This document shows, piece by piece, positions 9,026 to 16,523 of a stretch of DNA of 34,545 bases. Numbering within the stretch: the first letter of the stretch is position 1; the number at the start of each line of letters is the position of its first letter. The DNA is taken from positions 1 through 34,545 of the IMG/VR virus record IMGVR_UViG_3300028586_000054, one strand, 5' to 3'. Below the pieces are notes generated by a model, which worked only from the letters and a program-made list of their open reading frames with translations, ran no database searches and was not told the DNA's origin. The translations under genes were made by a program, and so were the position numbers. Source of the stretch: a virus (lineage: Duplodnaviria; Caudoviricetes).

Positions 9026-9375
9026 GGAGAGAACCTCTCGCGGGCTGTTTTAGATTTGTGGTGATCGGTACAAATGCATTCGAGGTTGTCGAGGCTGTCT
9101 GTCCCGCCTCTGGCTTTCGCTATGATGTGATCGACACTGGAACCCGGTCGGATAACGCCTTCGCGCTTGCATGGTTGGCATAACCCCTTATCGCGCTTAA
9201 TCACGATATTACGGAGCCTGCGCCATGTTTCGCCGTAGCCGCGTTGCTCTGCCGTTCTGCCCCTGTTGTGTCTCTCCCACCCTGCGGATTTATGCTCGCT
9301 GCAGTAACCGTCACTGTCGGTTGTTGTGTGCCTGCACCCTCGCGAGCGACAGGCTTTAGGGATTCTGCGGGGCAT
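9022..9375 (-). CDS. Terminase-associated HNH endonuclease (HK97 gp74-like)
   Basis: RGYG..W, CQPC, VDHII, GGTD..NLECIC..HH..KT motifs; upstream of cos and terS. Confidence 0.92.
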   Translation of the reverse strand: MPRRIPKACRSRGCRHTTTDSDGYCSEHKSAGWERHNRGRTAEQRGYGETWRRLRNIVIKRDKGLCQPCKREGVIRPGSSVDHIIAKARGGTDSLDNLECICTDHHKSKTARERFSP

Positions 9376-9386
9376 TGCTCCCCCTG

Positions 9387-9854
9387 TTAGATTTGCCCCT
9401 GATACGCGGCATAAGTCCCGGAGCGCATCACCTCAGCATGACGGCGGGCGCGGTTAGGCGTCTGTCTCGCCCATAGGCTATTCAGCATGGCGCTGGCTGC
9501 CCCGGCAAAATCGCCGCGTGAAATGAGACTCAGCGTATTAACGAAACCGGCCAGACCGCCCACACCCATCTGATAAGCCATGCTGTAGAGGATGTCCCGC
9601 CGTGCGTCGTTGCACTGCGCCAGCGCGGCCACAATGACGGGATAGCGATTCATATCAGCGGTTTTCGCATCTACCAGGCATTTCTTCCATAGATCGCCAA
9701 CAGGACGGGGAACAGTAAATTGATACTGTTTGATTGGCGCGTTTTGAGGACCGATTCTGATACCACCGGCAACAGTTGGAAAATTGCGGGTGTCCCAATA
9801 GGGAGCCTCTTTGTAGCCCTCTTCAAAATTGAGGATCTCGATAATTTTACTCAT
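9387..9854 (-). CDS. Endolysin, T4-lysozyme-like (GH24)
   Basis: Intact E-x8-D-x5-T triad (EGYKEAPYWDTRNFPT) and C-terminal SLWARQTPNRA. Confidence 0.9.
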   Translation of the reverse strand: MSKIIEILNFEEGYKEAPYWDTRNFPTVAGGIRIGPQNAPIKQYQFTVPRPVGDLWKKCLVDAKTADMNRYPVIVAALAQCNDARRDILYSMAYQMGVGGLAGFVNTLSLISRGDFAGAASAMLNSLWARQTPNRARRHAEVMRSGTYAAYQGQI

Positions 9855-10146
9855 CGCTATTACTCCGTGTTGGGTTTGGAATCAGACGTGAAACGTTGCC
9901 TCGCGCCGCAAATACAGCGACACATATCAGCCCGTTCGCTACCACTAACGGCCAGCCGCTCGCGTGGTAATGGCCGAACAACCACAGCAAAAAAAAATTG
10001 CCGTAGAAAATAACCAGCCCAGCCGCCACCCATGACGCGCCGGATTTATATGTCCGCCCTTTCTTACTGAACGTCATGAGACGCAACGCAATAGCCGAAC
10101 AGATAGCAACATTAATCACTGTCAGGAGATCGGAACTAATGATCAT
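9847..10146 (-). CDS. Phage holin family protein (3 TM helices)
   Basis: Three hydrophobic stretches ending in ARGNV; adjacent to the endolysin. Confidence 0.8.
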   Translation of the reverse strand: MIISSDLLTVINVAICSAIALRLMTFSKKGRTYKSGASWVAAGLVIFYGNFFLLWLFGHYHASGWPLVVANGLICVAVFAARGNVSRLIPNPTRSNSDE

Positions 10147-10547
10147 GATTTATCCCCCAGCCATTTTTTAACGAACGGCAGTTTTAATAGCCCGCCGTTT
10201 TGAATCCAGAAATAACCCTGCACAGCAGCAGACGACACGACAATCGCCGCGAGCGCGTCCAGAGGTTTATCGTTGGCGATGCCATATTTAGCGGCGAAAT
10301 GCTCCATAACATCCGCTACGATTCCCGCGCCGAATATCCCCGCCGCATAACCGAAAATGAAATAACCAAACATCTGTAACCGCGTCAGATTAGTGGCTCT
10401 GACTATGAAAAATATCGAGCCTGCGAACGCGCCGAACGCAATCGAATAATCGACCGACGTTATAAATCCCACGATTGCAGACGCAACGATCCCCCAGCCC
10501 GCAACGGTTCCCGCCGTTGCTGCGCCGGTACTCAATGGCTCAGCCAT
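10143..10547 (-). CDS. Putative holin/antiholin
   Basis: MAEPLSTG and DYSIAFGAFAG motifs, several TM helices and a basic C-terminus. Confidence 0.78.
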   Translation of the reverse strand: MAEPLSTGAATAGTVAGWGIVASAIVGFITSVDYSIAFGAFAGSIFFIVRATNLTRLQMFGYFIFGYAAGIFGAGIVADVMEHFAAKYGIANDKPLDALAAIVVSSAAVQGYFWIQNGGLLKLPFVKKWLGDKS

Positions 10548-10562
10548 TCCTACACCTCGTTG

Positions 10563-10838
10563 TTAATATTTATCCTGATCAGCGGACGGATCGACAGGTT
10601 CGTCAAGCGGGGTTGAACGGGCGTATAAAATTTCAGTTACGCAAACGGAAAGGCGGCGCGTCTGATCTTTATCTTCGAAAAATTCATAAAAAAGGCCGGT
10701 TTCCGCCGCGCGCATGACATATGTATTAGGAGGCATGTCAAGGGATAGCTTATATCCCCAAAGGGCGGGCTGCTCATTGGTATTTTGTCCCTTTAGCCAT
10801 ACTTCAATCATATGTAATCGGTTCTTGATGATTGCCAT
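10563..10838 (-). CDS. Hypothetical protein
   Basis: SD GAGGT before the ATG; in the late operon. Confidence 0.6.
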   Translation of the reverse strand: MAIIKNRLHMIEVWLKGQNTNEQPALWGYKLSLDMPPNTYVMRAAETGLFYEFFEDKDQTRRLSVCVTEILYARSTPLDEPVDPSADQDKY

Positions 10839-10890
10839 AACTACCTCATTTAAACGACGCCCAGCTCGTCGAGCGTCTCGATACGGTTGC

Positions 10891-10966
10891 TTTGGTCTGC
10901 CGCCTGTTGTTAGCGCTATAGCGTTATGTCGCGGAGGTTTCGCTATTGATCAGGCGACAGACCAAA
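10891..10966. ncRNA. Candidate structured RNA / long leader hairpin B
   Basis: TTTGGTCTGcCGCCTG pairs with CAGGCGaCAGACCAAA; inner TAGCG pairs with CGCTA. Confidence 0.4.
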
Positions 10967-10968
10967 AC

Positions 10969-10994
10969 AAAAAACCCCGCCGTAGCGAGGTTTT
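10969..10994 (-). terminator. Intrinsic terminator after the methyltransferase gene
   Basis: Minus strand reads AAAACCTCGC-TACG-GCGGGGTTTTTT. Confidence 0.7.
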
Positions 10995-11018
10995 ATATTT
11001 ATTTAAATATTTATTTAA
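10994..11018. repeat. Dispersed AT-only motif, locus 2
   Basis: TATATTTATTTAAATATTTATTTAA contains the core. Confidence 0.7.
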
Positions 11019-11665
11019 GAATTGCTGAATGCGCCCGGAGTCACTTTTAACGACCCCGCGCACTCATTCCCGAAACCATCCCAGCCCGGAGCCGGTTCAC
11101 CTCGACAGAACAGCTCGACGCGTGGCACATCGCCGTACAGCTCCTCTAACCTGAAACTAGCCTCAGCCGGTTTCGCGCTGTGCGCTCCCATACAGGAGTA
11201 AATGATCTGTTTAACCGACGCGCTCTGACGCTCCAGACCACGGCCACGCACAGCGATTAATACGCTCTCCTGATTGCCTCGCGTGTAGTTGCCCGGATTC
11301 ATGCGCGTCTCTGCGTTGAGCATGTCGAGGAGGTCATAGAACCCCGTCAGCTCGCCAGCCTCTAGCGCCCGATTGAAACGCCCCTCAGCCAGCCCGTTAA
11401 ATTTCACCCAGGTAAACAGGAACATCTGACGAACGTCAAACCCCCACGCCTCAGCGAGTGAACGGGCCTCCTGTGTGTGCGTGCCGGTGTACCACATAGC
11501 CAGGACAGAATCGTCAGCCGCCAGATCCCAGACCGGGAGCCGTTTCAGGTCAGACAGCGTCATGCTGTCGTAATGTGCGGTCGTTGACCCGTTGCTGATT
11601 TTGTTCCCGTAGGCCCACGGCGGATCGGCGTAAATGAGTGAGTAATTTTTCAATTCAACCACCAA
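11015..11665 (-). CDS. MT-A70-family adenine methyltransferase
   Basis: IYADPPW catalytic motif, AWGF, FTWVK, HSAKP, VELF and GWDGFGNE. The exact start is uncertain. Confidence 0.9.
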   Translation of the reverse strand: MVVELKNYSLIYADPPWAYGNKISNGSTTAHYDSMTLSDLKRLPVWDLAADDSVLAMWYTGTHTQEARSLAEAWGFDVRQMFLFTWVKFNGLAEGRFNRALEAGELTGFYDLLDMLNAETRMNPGNYTRGNQESVLIAVRGRGLERQSASVKQIIYSCMGAHSAKPAEASFRLEELYGDVPRVELFCRGEPAPGWDGFGNECAGSLKVTPGAFSNS

Positions 11666-11688
11666 TAAATAAATATTTATTTAATTAT
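11664..11688. repeat. Dispersed AT-only motif, locus 3
   Basis: AATAAATAAATATTTATTTAATTAT. Confidence 0.7.
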
Positions 11689-11698
11689 GAAATGGGTG

Positions 11699-11727
11699 TT
11701 GACGTGTAATCATTTTTTGATTACATT
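11699..11727 (+). promoter_or_regulatory. Sigma70 promoter with a palindromic operator in the spacer
   Basis: TTGACG-17 bp-TACATT; inverted repeat TGTAATCA-N5-TGATTACA at 11705-11725. Confidence 0.75.
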
Positions 11728-11772
11728 AGCTACATCAACAGGCAATACCGCCTGATAACGAGGGAATGTAAA

Positions 11773-12021
11773 ATGACAACTATCAATATGATGATCGATG
11801 AGTGCAGCATGGGCGACACCACCAAAACAGCGACAGCCGCATTCATTACAGAACTGAAAAACGCACTTAAAACCGAATTTCCCGATTTTGATGTAACCAT
11901 AAAAATCGGTAGTCACTCGGATTTGCACGTCAACCTATTGGACTCAGAGGAAACCAAACAGCGTGTTTACGAAATACAGCGTGATATCTGGGATAACGGC
12001 GCATGGCATAATGTTGAATAA
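11773..12021 (+). CDS. DinI-like protein
   Basis: Pattern ELKNALKTEFPD..V.IKIG...DLHV....EETKQRVYEIQRDIWDNGAW and the 82-aa length resemble the DinI/ImpC family. Confidence 0.6.
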   Translation: MTTINMMIDECSMGDTTKTATAAFITELKNALKTEFPDFDVTIKIGSHSDLHVNLLDSEETKQRVYEIQRDIWDNGAWHNVE

Positions 12022-12044
12022 TTTTACTCTGAGGCATTTTTCTC

Positions 12045-12215
12045 ATGCCTCTAAATGAATACATCGCCGCCAATTTTGGCGGCAACCAATCCGAGTTTGC
12101 TCGCGTCATGAATGTGAACCGGCAACAGGTCACAAAATGGATTAACGATCAGTGGGTAGTATTCGACGGCGTGCTCTACAGCCCCCGTCGAACAATCCCG
12201 AAGCAAACACCATAA
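12045..12215 (+). CDS. Small HTH DNA-binding protein (56 aa, not in ORF track)
   Basis: MPLNEYIAANFGGNQSEFARVMNVNRQQVTKWINDQW, a Cro-like HTH; GAGG upstream. Confidence 0.75.
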   Translation: MPLNEYIAANFGGNQSEFARVMNVNRQQVTKWINDQWVVFDGVLYSPRRTIPKQTP

Positions 12216-12238
12216 ACCCGCCGCCAGGCGGGTTTATT
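12214..12238. terminator. Bidirectional terminator between the moron and the spanin gene
   Basis: AAACCCGCC-GCCA-GGCGGGTTT. Confidence 0.6.
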
Positions 12239-12770
12239 CTTTTGGCTGCGTGCTGCGAGCCTCATCAGCAGCGCGGATATCCGCTAACTTGCGGTTTGCC
12301 GTGTCCAGGGCGTTTAGCAATGGCTCCAGCCATAACACCGCCTGCCGGTATGTCAGTTTGCAGGCGGTCCCGGAATAGGGATCGGCGCTGTCAGGCTCGC
12401 TGGGAGCGGCTGCGAGGGTGTCGGCACGTAAACGACGGTATTTTTCGCACAGCCCGTTAGCAACATGATCAGGAATGCGAGCATCAGTCGCGGGAACATT
12501 ACGGAGCACCTCTCGATATTCGATCACACGGTCAGCAGTGACGGCGTCACGCCTCAGCCGGTCGGCCTCGTTCGCTGCGGTGATCCGGTTAAACGTGTTG
12601 AACAGGAACGCGGAGCGGGAATTGATCGCCGTCTGTGCATCTCGCTCCCTGCGGAGCTGCGCCGCCTCCCTGTCGAGCTGACCGGCCCTGTCCCGTTCCT
12701 GCAGATAGGAGCACGTTGAGAGCGTCGTCGTTGCCAGTAGCAGCGACAGCACAGCGATCAGCCATTTCAT
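12234..12770 (-). CDS. Rz-like spanin
   Basis: N-terminal TM helix, coiled coil and C-terminal LTYRQAVLWLEPLL; follows an endolysin-like gene. Confidence 0.7.
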   Translation of the reverse strand: MKWLIAVLSLLLATTTLSTCSYLQERDRAGQLDREAAQLRRERDAQTAINSRSAFLFNTFNRITAANEADRLRRDAVTADRVIEYREVLRNVPATDARIPDHVANGLCEKYRRLRADTLAAAPSEPDSADPYSGTACKLTYRQAVLWLEPLLNALDTANRKLADIRAADEARSTQPKE

Positions 12771-13396
12771 TTAGGCAACTCCGCCCGCGCACGGCGAACC
12801 GCTAACCCGCGTCGCGTATCTTTCTCGTCATGCGGGTCGAGCTGGAGACGCTCGACGACTTCGATTGTCGCCTCGATACCGCTGCAACTGCGAGCCGTGA
12901 ACATTGCACAGGCAATGCGAACGGCGAGCCGGGGATCGGCTACTGAATCAGGAGCGGCCACAAAATCCACGCCGACCAGCTCTGACGCCTCTTTGTAAAC
13001 CTTCTTTCCCCGGATAGGCAGTACCCCGCGTGCGCGGTATGTGTAGCCCTCGCGAGCACCATTGCCCATGCGCCCACCATAGGCGAGATTGGCGATTGCT
13101 ATCTGGCGCTCTAATGGGATTTCTTTTTCCAGCATCTGAAACCCTAACATTGCTGCCTGATAGGGGGAGAAACGCGTCCCGAACTCACGACGGAGCGCCC
13201 CGGAACTGTAATTGAACGTCTCCGACAGTTTGCGGAAACGGTCAGTCTCAGACGACGACAGACCGATAATCATTGCTCTGTCGAGGCGGTCAGTTATCCC
13301 GAACTCCTCAAATGCCGAGACAAACAGCGGGAACCATGTATCCCCGTCAGCCGCCGAACAATTAGCAGCCCTCATAAAATCAATTTCATTCACCAC
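12767..13396 (-). CDS. GH19 (chitinase-like) endolysin, divergent
   Basis: ETDRFRKLSETFNYS, IANLAYGGRMGN and GYTYRARG motifs. Confidence 0.75.
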   Translation of the reverse strand: MVNEIDFMRAANCSAADGDTWFPLFVSAFEEFGITDRLDRAMIIGLSSSETDRFRKLSETFNYSSGALRREFGTRFSPYQAAMLGFQMLEKEIPLERQIAIANLAYGGRMGNGAREGYTYRARGVLPIRGKKVYKEASELVGVDFVAAPDSVADPRLAVRIACAMFTARSCSGIEATIEVVERLQLDPHDEKDTRRGLAVRRARAELPK

Positions 13397-13440
13397 ATTC
13401 CCCCTGCAGACAATAGCGCCGCGTGTAGCGGCTATGGTTT

Positions 13441-13527
13441 CGTTTGGATTGTGAGATCGTCCGCGACCCCTCTCAGCATCGAGGGGGTAACGCTTCGGGG
13501 GGAGCGGGCGATCTCACAATACAAACG
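13441..13527. ncRNA. Candidate structured RNA A (long stem, possibly three-way junction)
   Basis: CGTTTGgATTGTGAGATCG pairs with CGATCTCACAATaCAAACG and encloses two smaller possible hairpins. Confidence 0.45.
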
Positions 13528-13601
13528 GGACAGATTCGGAGGCGGTCGGCTGACGTGCGGAAAGCACATTGAATGTTGTAATTACAATCCTGATTTTACC
13601 T

Positions 13602-13628
13602 AAAAAAATGCCCCGCACTGGCGGGGCA
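13602..13628 (-). terminator. Terminator upstream of the late operon (tR'-like)
   Basis: Minus strand reads TGCCCCGC-CAGT-GCGGGGCA-TTTTTTT. Confidence 0.75.
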
Positions 13629-13924
13629 ACTGGTATTGACTAATTGGGTCAGGACGTTCAATTACCGATGTATGATGGCAACTACACCACCATGGGAAAA
13701 CAATAACGGAAAAAATCGGTCTTTTAAACTCCCGTAATGGGATTTTTATAACCACATAATGAAATCTTTGACCTCAATCAGAAAAATTAGATATCGGGAC
13801 TATCCCTTTAACCACTCACTCCAAAATAACAACGATTGTTATCGTCACTCAGTGAGATTTAACAACTGGCTCGCCCGAGGTGTTACCCCCTTTTATTAAG
13901 CGCCCCGGAGGGCGCTGTCTGTTA

Positions 13925-14212
13925 TCAGGCGGCCAGCTCGCGAGCGACAAAGTCGATCACCTGGCGGAGCTGGCGCTCGTTGAAGATTGTTGCGGGTAAT
14001 TCCTCTTTCACAGCACGCGGTAAGTAAAGATTGTCGTAGAAAGAAAAAGATCCGTTATCGTTGACGAGGTAAGAGAAGTCCGGCTCGCAGCAGTTATCAG
14101 CGTCGGTGTAGAACCACAGGCGAGGAGTCTCGACATATTCGTCCGCCTCGATCAGCTCCAGGACCAGGCCGCGACGTGCTGCATAATTGATAGTCATTTT
14201 TGAAATGTTCAT
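13925..14212 (-). CDS. Hypothetical protein with its own upstream region
   Basis: SD GAGGG; a hairpin follows at about 13899-13916. Confidence 0.7.
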   Translation of the reverse strand: MNISKMTINYAARRGLVLELIEADEYVETPRLWFYTDADNCCEPDFSYLVNDNGSFSFYDNLYLPRAVKEELPATIFNERQLRQVIDFVARELAA

Positions 14213-14252
14213 CTGATAGCCCTCTATCTCGTTTCGATGAAAGGACTATCGC

Positions 14253-14290
14253 ATAATTAAATATTTAAATAAATATTTAATTATTTAATT
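14253..14290. repeat. Dispersed AT-only motif, locus 4
   Basis: TTAAATAT TTAAATAA ATATTTAA TTATTTAA: two direct and two inverted 8-mers over the likely promoter of 13925-14212. Confidence 0.75.
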
Positions 14291-14360
14291 ACCAGCCTTG
14301 CTTGATTTAAGTCAAAAAAATGGGAGTCTCTAAGCTCCCTCGGTTACTGCGCGGCCTTGA

Positions 14361-14585
14361 TCAATCATCATCAGGGAACGACTCTTTAAACCAACTATCC
14401 CGCGCCAACTGATTGCCTTCGCATGGCGGCTCAGTCATTGACCAGCGCCCAACGTAGTAAAAACGCCCGTTGCGATGCTCTGCCGTCCCACAGTCCCGGC
14501 AAATATGGCAACCGCATTCGGCGTACCATATATAACTATGACCGGCTGAATTTTGGGCGCGTGCAAGTGGAGAGCGGGCCATCAC
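14361..14585 (-). CDS. Small Cys/His-rich hypothetical protein
   Basis: H...CGCHICRDCG...EPPC; overlaps the upstream stop codon. Confidence 0.6.
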   Translation of the reverse strand: MMARSPLARAQNSAGHSYIWYAECGCHICRDCGTAEHRNGRFYYVGRWSMTEPPCEGNQLARDSWFKESFPDDD

Positions 14586-15133
14586 GCGCCATCCTGACCG
14601 GCGCGGAGCTGGTTATAGGCTCCGCTCACTACGTCTGACAATGATCCGGTTTGCTCATACTCGCCGAACTCTGGCGATGTACAGTACAGGCGGAATTTGT
14701 TGTCTGACGTTTTATCCAGATGGAACACATCACAGCGTGCTGACAGTCGGGCCAGTGCGGGGTTTATATGCGTGAACAGCTCGACGACCTGATACTCCTC
14801 TCCCGGTTCTGCGTCGCTATTCAGTACGCTGACCGCCTCCTCCAGCTCGCCACGATCACTGCAAACGCAAAACTCATCCATGTGCGCCCGTCCATCAGGT
14901 GACGCAATGCCGTACATGAAAACTGGCTGAAAACTCTCGCCGAGATAGTCCTCCAGGGATGTCCACTGAATACCGAACGTACGGAGCCGGATTTTTGCAG
15001 CCACCACACTAAAACCAGGTTTGACCGTCAGTGCATAAAAATCTTTGTACTCAGTAATGGTAGATGCTTTCGGATTAGCTAATGCCGCTACCTGAACGGG
15101 ATTGATAACAGTTTTACGAATCAGGAATATCAT
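14582..15133 (-). CDS. Hypothetical protein
   Basis: Long ORF in the early operon with an AAAGG SD. Confidence 0.65.
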   Translation of the reverse strand: MIFLIRKTVINPVQVAALANPKASTITEYKDFYALTVKPGFSVVAAKIRLRTFGIQWTSLEDYLGESFQPVFMYGIASPDGRAHMDEFCVCSDRGELEEAVSVLNSDAEPGEEYQVVELFTHINPALARLSARCDVFHLDKTSDNKFRLYCTSPEFGEYEQTGSLSDVVSGAYNQLRAGQDGA

Positions 15134-15164
15134 AATTAAACCTTTAAATATTTATTTAATTATT
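15132..15164. repeat. Dispersed AT-only motif, locus 5
   Basis: TTAAATATTTATTTAATTATT at a gene junction. Confidence 0.7.
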
Positions 15165-15484
15165 TTATAGGCGAGAGCGGACGGGCCATAGTAGCGCCAG
15201 CATTCAGAGTCGCCCGAGAGAGAACAATCATCGACCGGCGCGGGGAGGCCGCATTTCTGGCAATGCGGAATCTCTGCTAATTTGCCCTTGTACTCGTTAA
15301 ATGCCTTGCGGATTAACAGCCCGAATAGCTCCGGGCGGGTGTACGGTTTGTTGCCAGGGCGAAACAGGGCGCAAAGCTCATCAAGCTGTCGCTCCTCTTC
15401 CGCCTCGATGCGTAGCTCGATGCGAACGAAGCCGAGATGTATGTCGCGTTGCCGCTGCGCCTGCTTGCGCTTGTTAGCTGTCAT
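15152..15484 (-). CDS. Phage protein with possible RHH-like N-terminus and C-terminal 4-Cys zinc site
   Basis: RKQAQRQR, RPG..PY and CQKCG...C...GDSECW, a pattern seen in enterobacterial prophage early regions. Confidence 0.7.
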   Translation of the reverse strand: MTANKRKQAQRQRDIHLGFVRIELRIEAEEERQLDELCALFRPGNKPYTRPELFGLLIRKAFNEYKGKLAEIPHCQKCGLPAPVDDCSLSGDSECWRYYGPSALAYKIIK

Positions 15485-15848
15485 TCTCTTTTCTCAGCCA
15501 CACACAGACGACGCCGAAATCTTCTGTTTCGTGAATGCTCCCGATAAACCAGCCGTCGCCCTCCGGGGAGAGAGGCTCCCAACCGGCGCAACTTGGAAAG
15601 GCTCTTTCCTGGTAATACTCGTTACTGATCGCCTCAGCCTCGGGGCGCTCATCGTTATCTAATAACGCGTAGTGATACTGGAGGCCGTGAAAATTGCACC
15701 ACTCTTTAAAACCGCTTTCCGTTTCCCCTGCGTAGTAAAGCGGGTGACAAAAAAATCCGTATTCGCAACGCTCAACGCGGACAGGTACAAAATCCGAAAC
15801 AGGGGAGATCCCCGCACGGTCGCTAATCTGATTAATTCCGATGTTCAT
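15474..15848 (-). CDS. Conserved phage hypothetical protein
   Basis: VER..YGFF.HP and GWFIGSIHETEDFG..CVW motifs. Start moved to the ATG at 15848. Confidence 0.7.
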   Translation of the reverse strand: MNIGINQISDRAGISPVSDFVPVRVERCEYGFFCHPLYYAGETESGFKEWCNFHGLQYHYALLDNDERPEAEAISNEYYQERAFPSCAGWEPLSPEGDGWFIGSIHETEDFGVVCVWLRKENDS

Positions 15849-16026
15849 TGTCGTCCCTCGATTCAAAACATGGTGGGCGGTCGATAGTGATCTCCTCACA
15901 GAGGAAAAACACTGCGCCCGGATTAGGTTGCAGATAAACAAAAGCAGCGGCGACAGCGTCGTCGCGGGTTTTAAAAGGGCCATGCGGGAACGTTTCCCCA
16001 TCTACCCCGAAATAAAAATGACTCAA
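15832..16026 (-). CDS. Small hypothetical protein
   Basis: GPFKTRDDAV motif; TTG start overlaps the upstream stop and the ORF fills the operon gap. Confidence 0.55.
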   Translation of the reverse strand: MSHFYFGVDGETFPHGPFKTRDDAVAAAFVYLQPNPGAVFFLCEEITIDRPPCFESRDDNEHRN

Positions 16027-16523
16027 ATTTGCCCCCTTCTTTCGACATAGCGCCCCACAAAATCCCGCGCCTTTTTTAGTTTCCTCTGGTACTGATTCAG
16101 CGACATTCGCAGCGCCGCCGCTTTATCAAGCTGGCGTCGGGGACGGGATTTCATTGTCCACACGCCATATTCAACCCGGAGCACTGTCGCGGCGACTTCA
16201 TCCAGCGTGGTGAGAAGTGCGACTCCGCCCTCGACACGTGTCTCGATCTCGTCGTTCGGCGCACCGCCTCCCCCTGAAAACTGGCAATGTGTCTCCATCA
16301 TCATCTGGAGCATTGAGGCGAACCCCCCGGAGGCGCTGCGGCCTCGGAAAATCCACCGCGCCCACAGATCCAGCAGTGAATCAATCTCACGCGGCGACAG
16401 CCGCTCTCTATTCGGGGATTTCGTCGACAGTGAGGTCAAAACCGATTTCCTCTTTAATGGCTGCGGGGATTTGTTCCCATGCGTAGAGACATAACAACGC
16501 GTCATCTCCGTAGGCGTCGGCAA
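16023..16523 (-). CDS. Putative late antiterminator / Q-like regulator (true start probably nearer 16400)
   Basis: LLDLWARW N-terminal motif and a C-terminal sigma4-like HTH (QLDKAAALRMSLNQYQRKLKKAR). The many terminators in the late operon imply antitermination. Confidence 0.55.
   Translation of the reverse strand: MPTPTEMTRCYVSTHGNKSPQPLKRKSVLTSLSTKSPNRERLSPREIDSLLDLWARWIFRGRSASGGFASMLQMMMETHCQFSGGGGAPNDEIETRVEGGVALLTTLDEVAATVLRVEYGVWTMKSRPRRQLDKAAALRMSLNQYQRKLKKARDFVGRYVERRGQI

Noticed and set aside
11015-11665. MT-A70 gene as an RNA m6A writer or restriction-modification system
   Set aside because: Orphan MT-A70 DNA methyltransferases are common in such prophages, and no cognate nuclease is adjacent.
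12234-12770. Spanin as a unimolecular lipoprotein spanin
   Set aside because: LSTC is a poor lipobox and there is no C-terminal TM helix. I also could not confidently locate an embedded o-spanin.
13441-13527. Structure A as a tRNA or known ribozyme
   Set aside because: I see no cloverleaf, T-loop or CCA end, and no recognisable ribozyme core.
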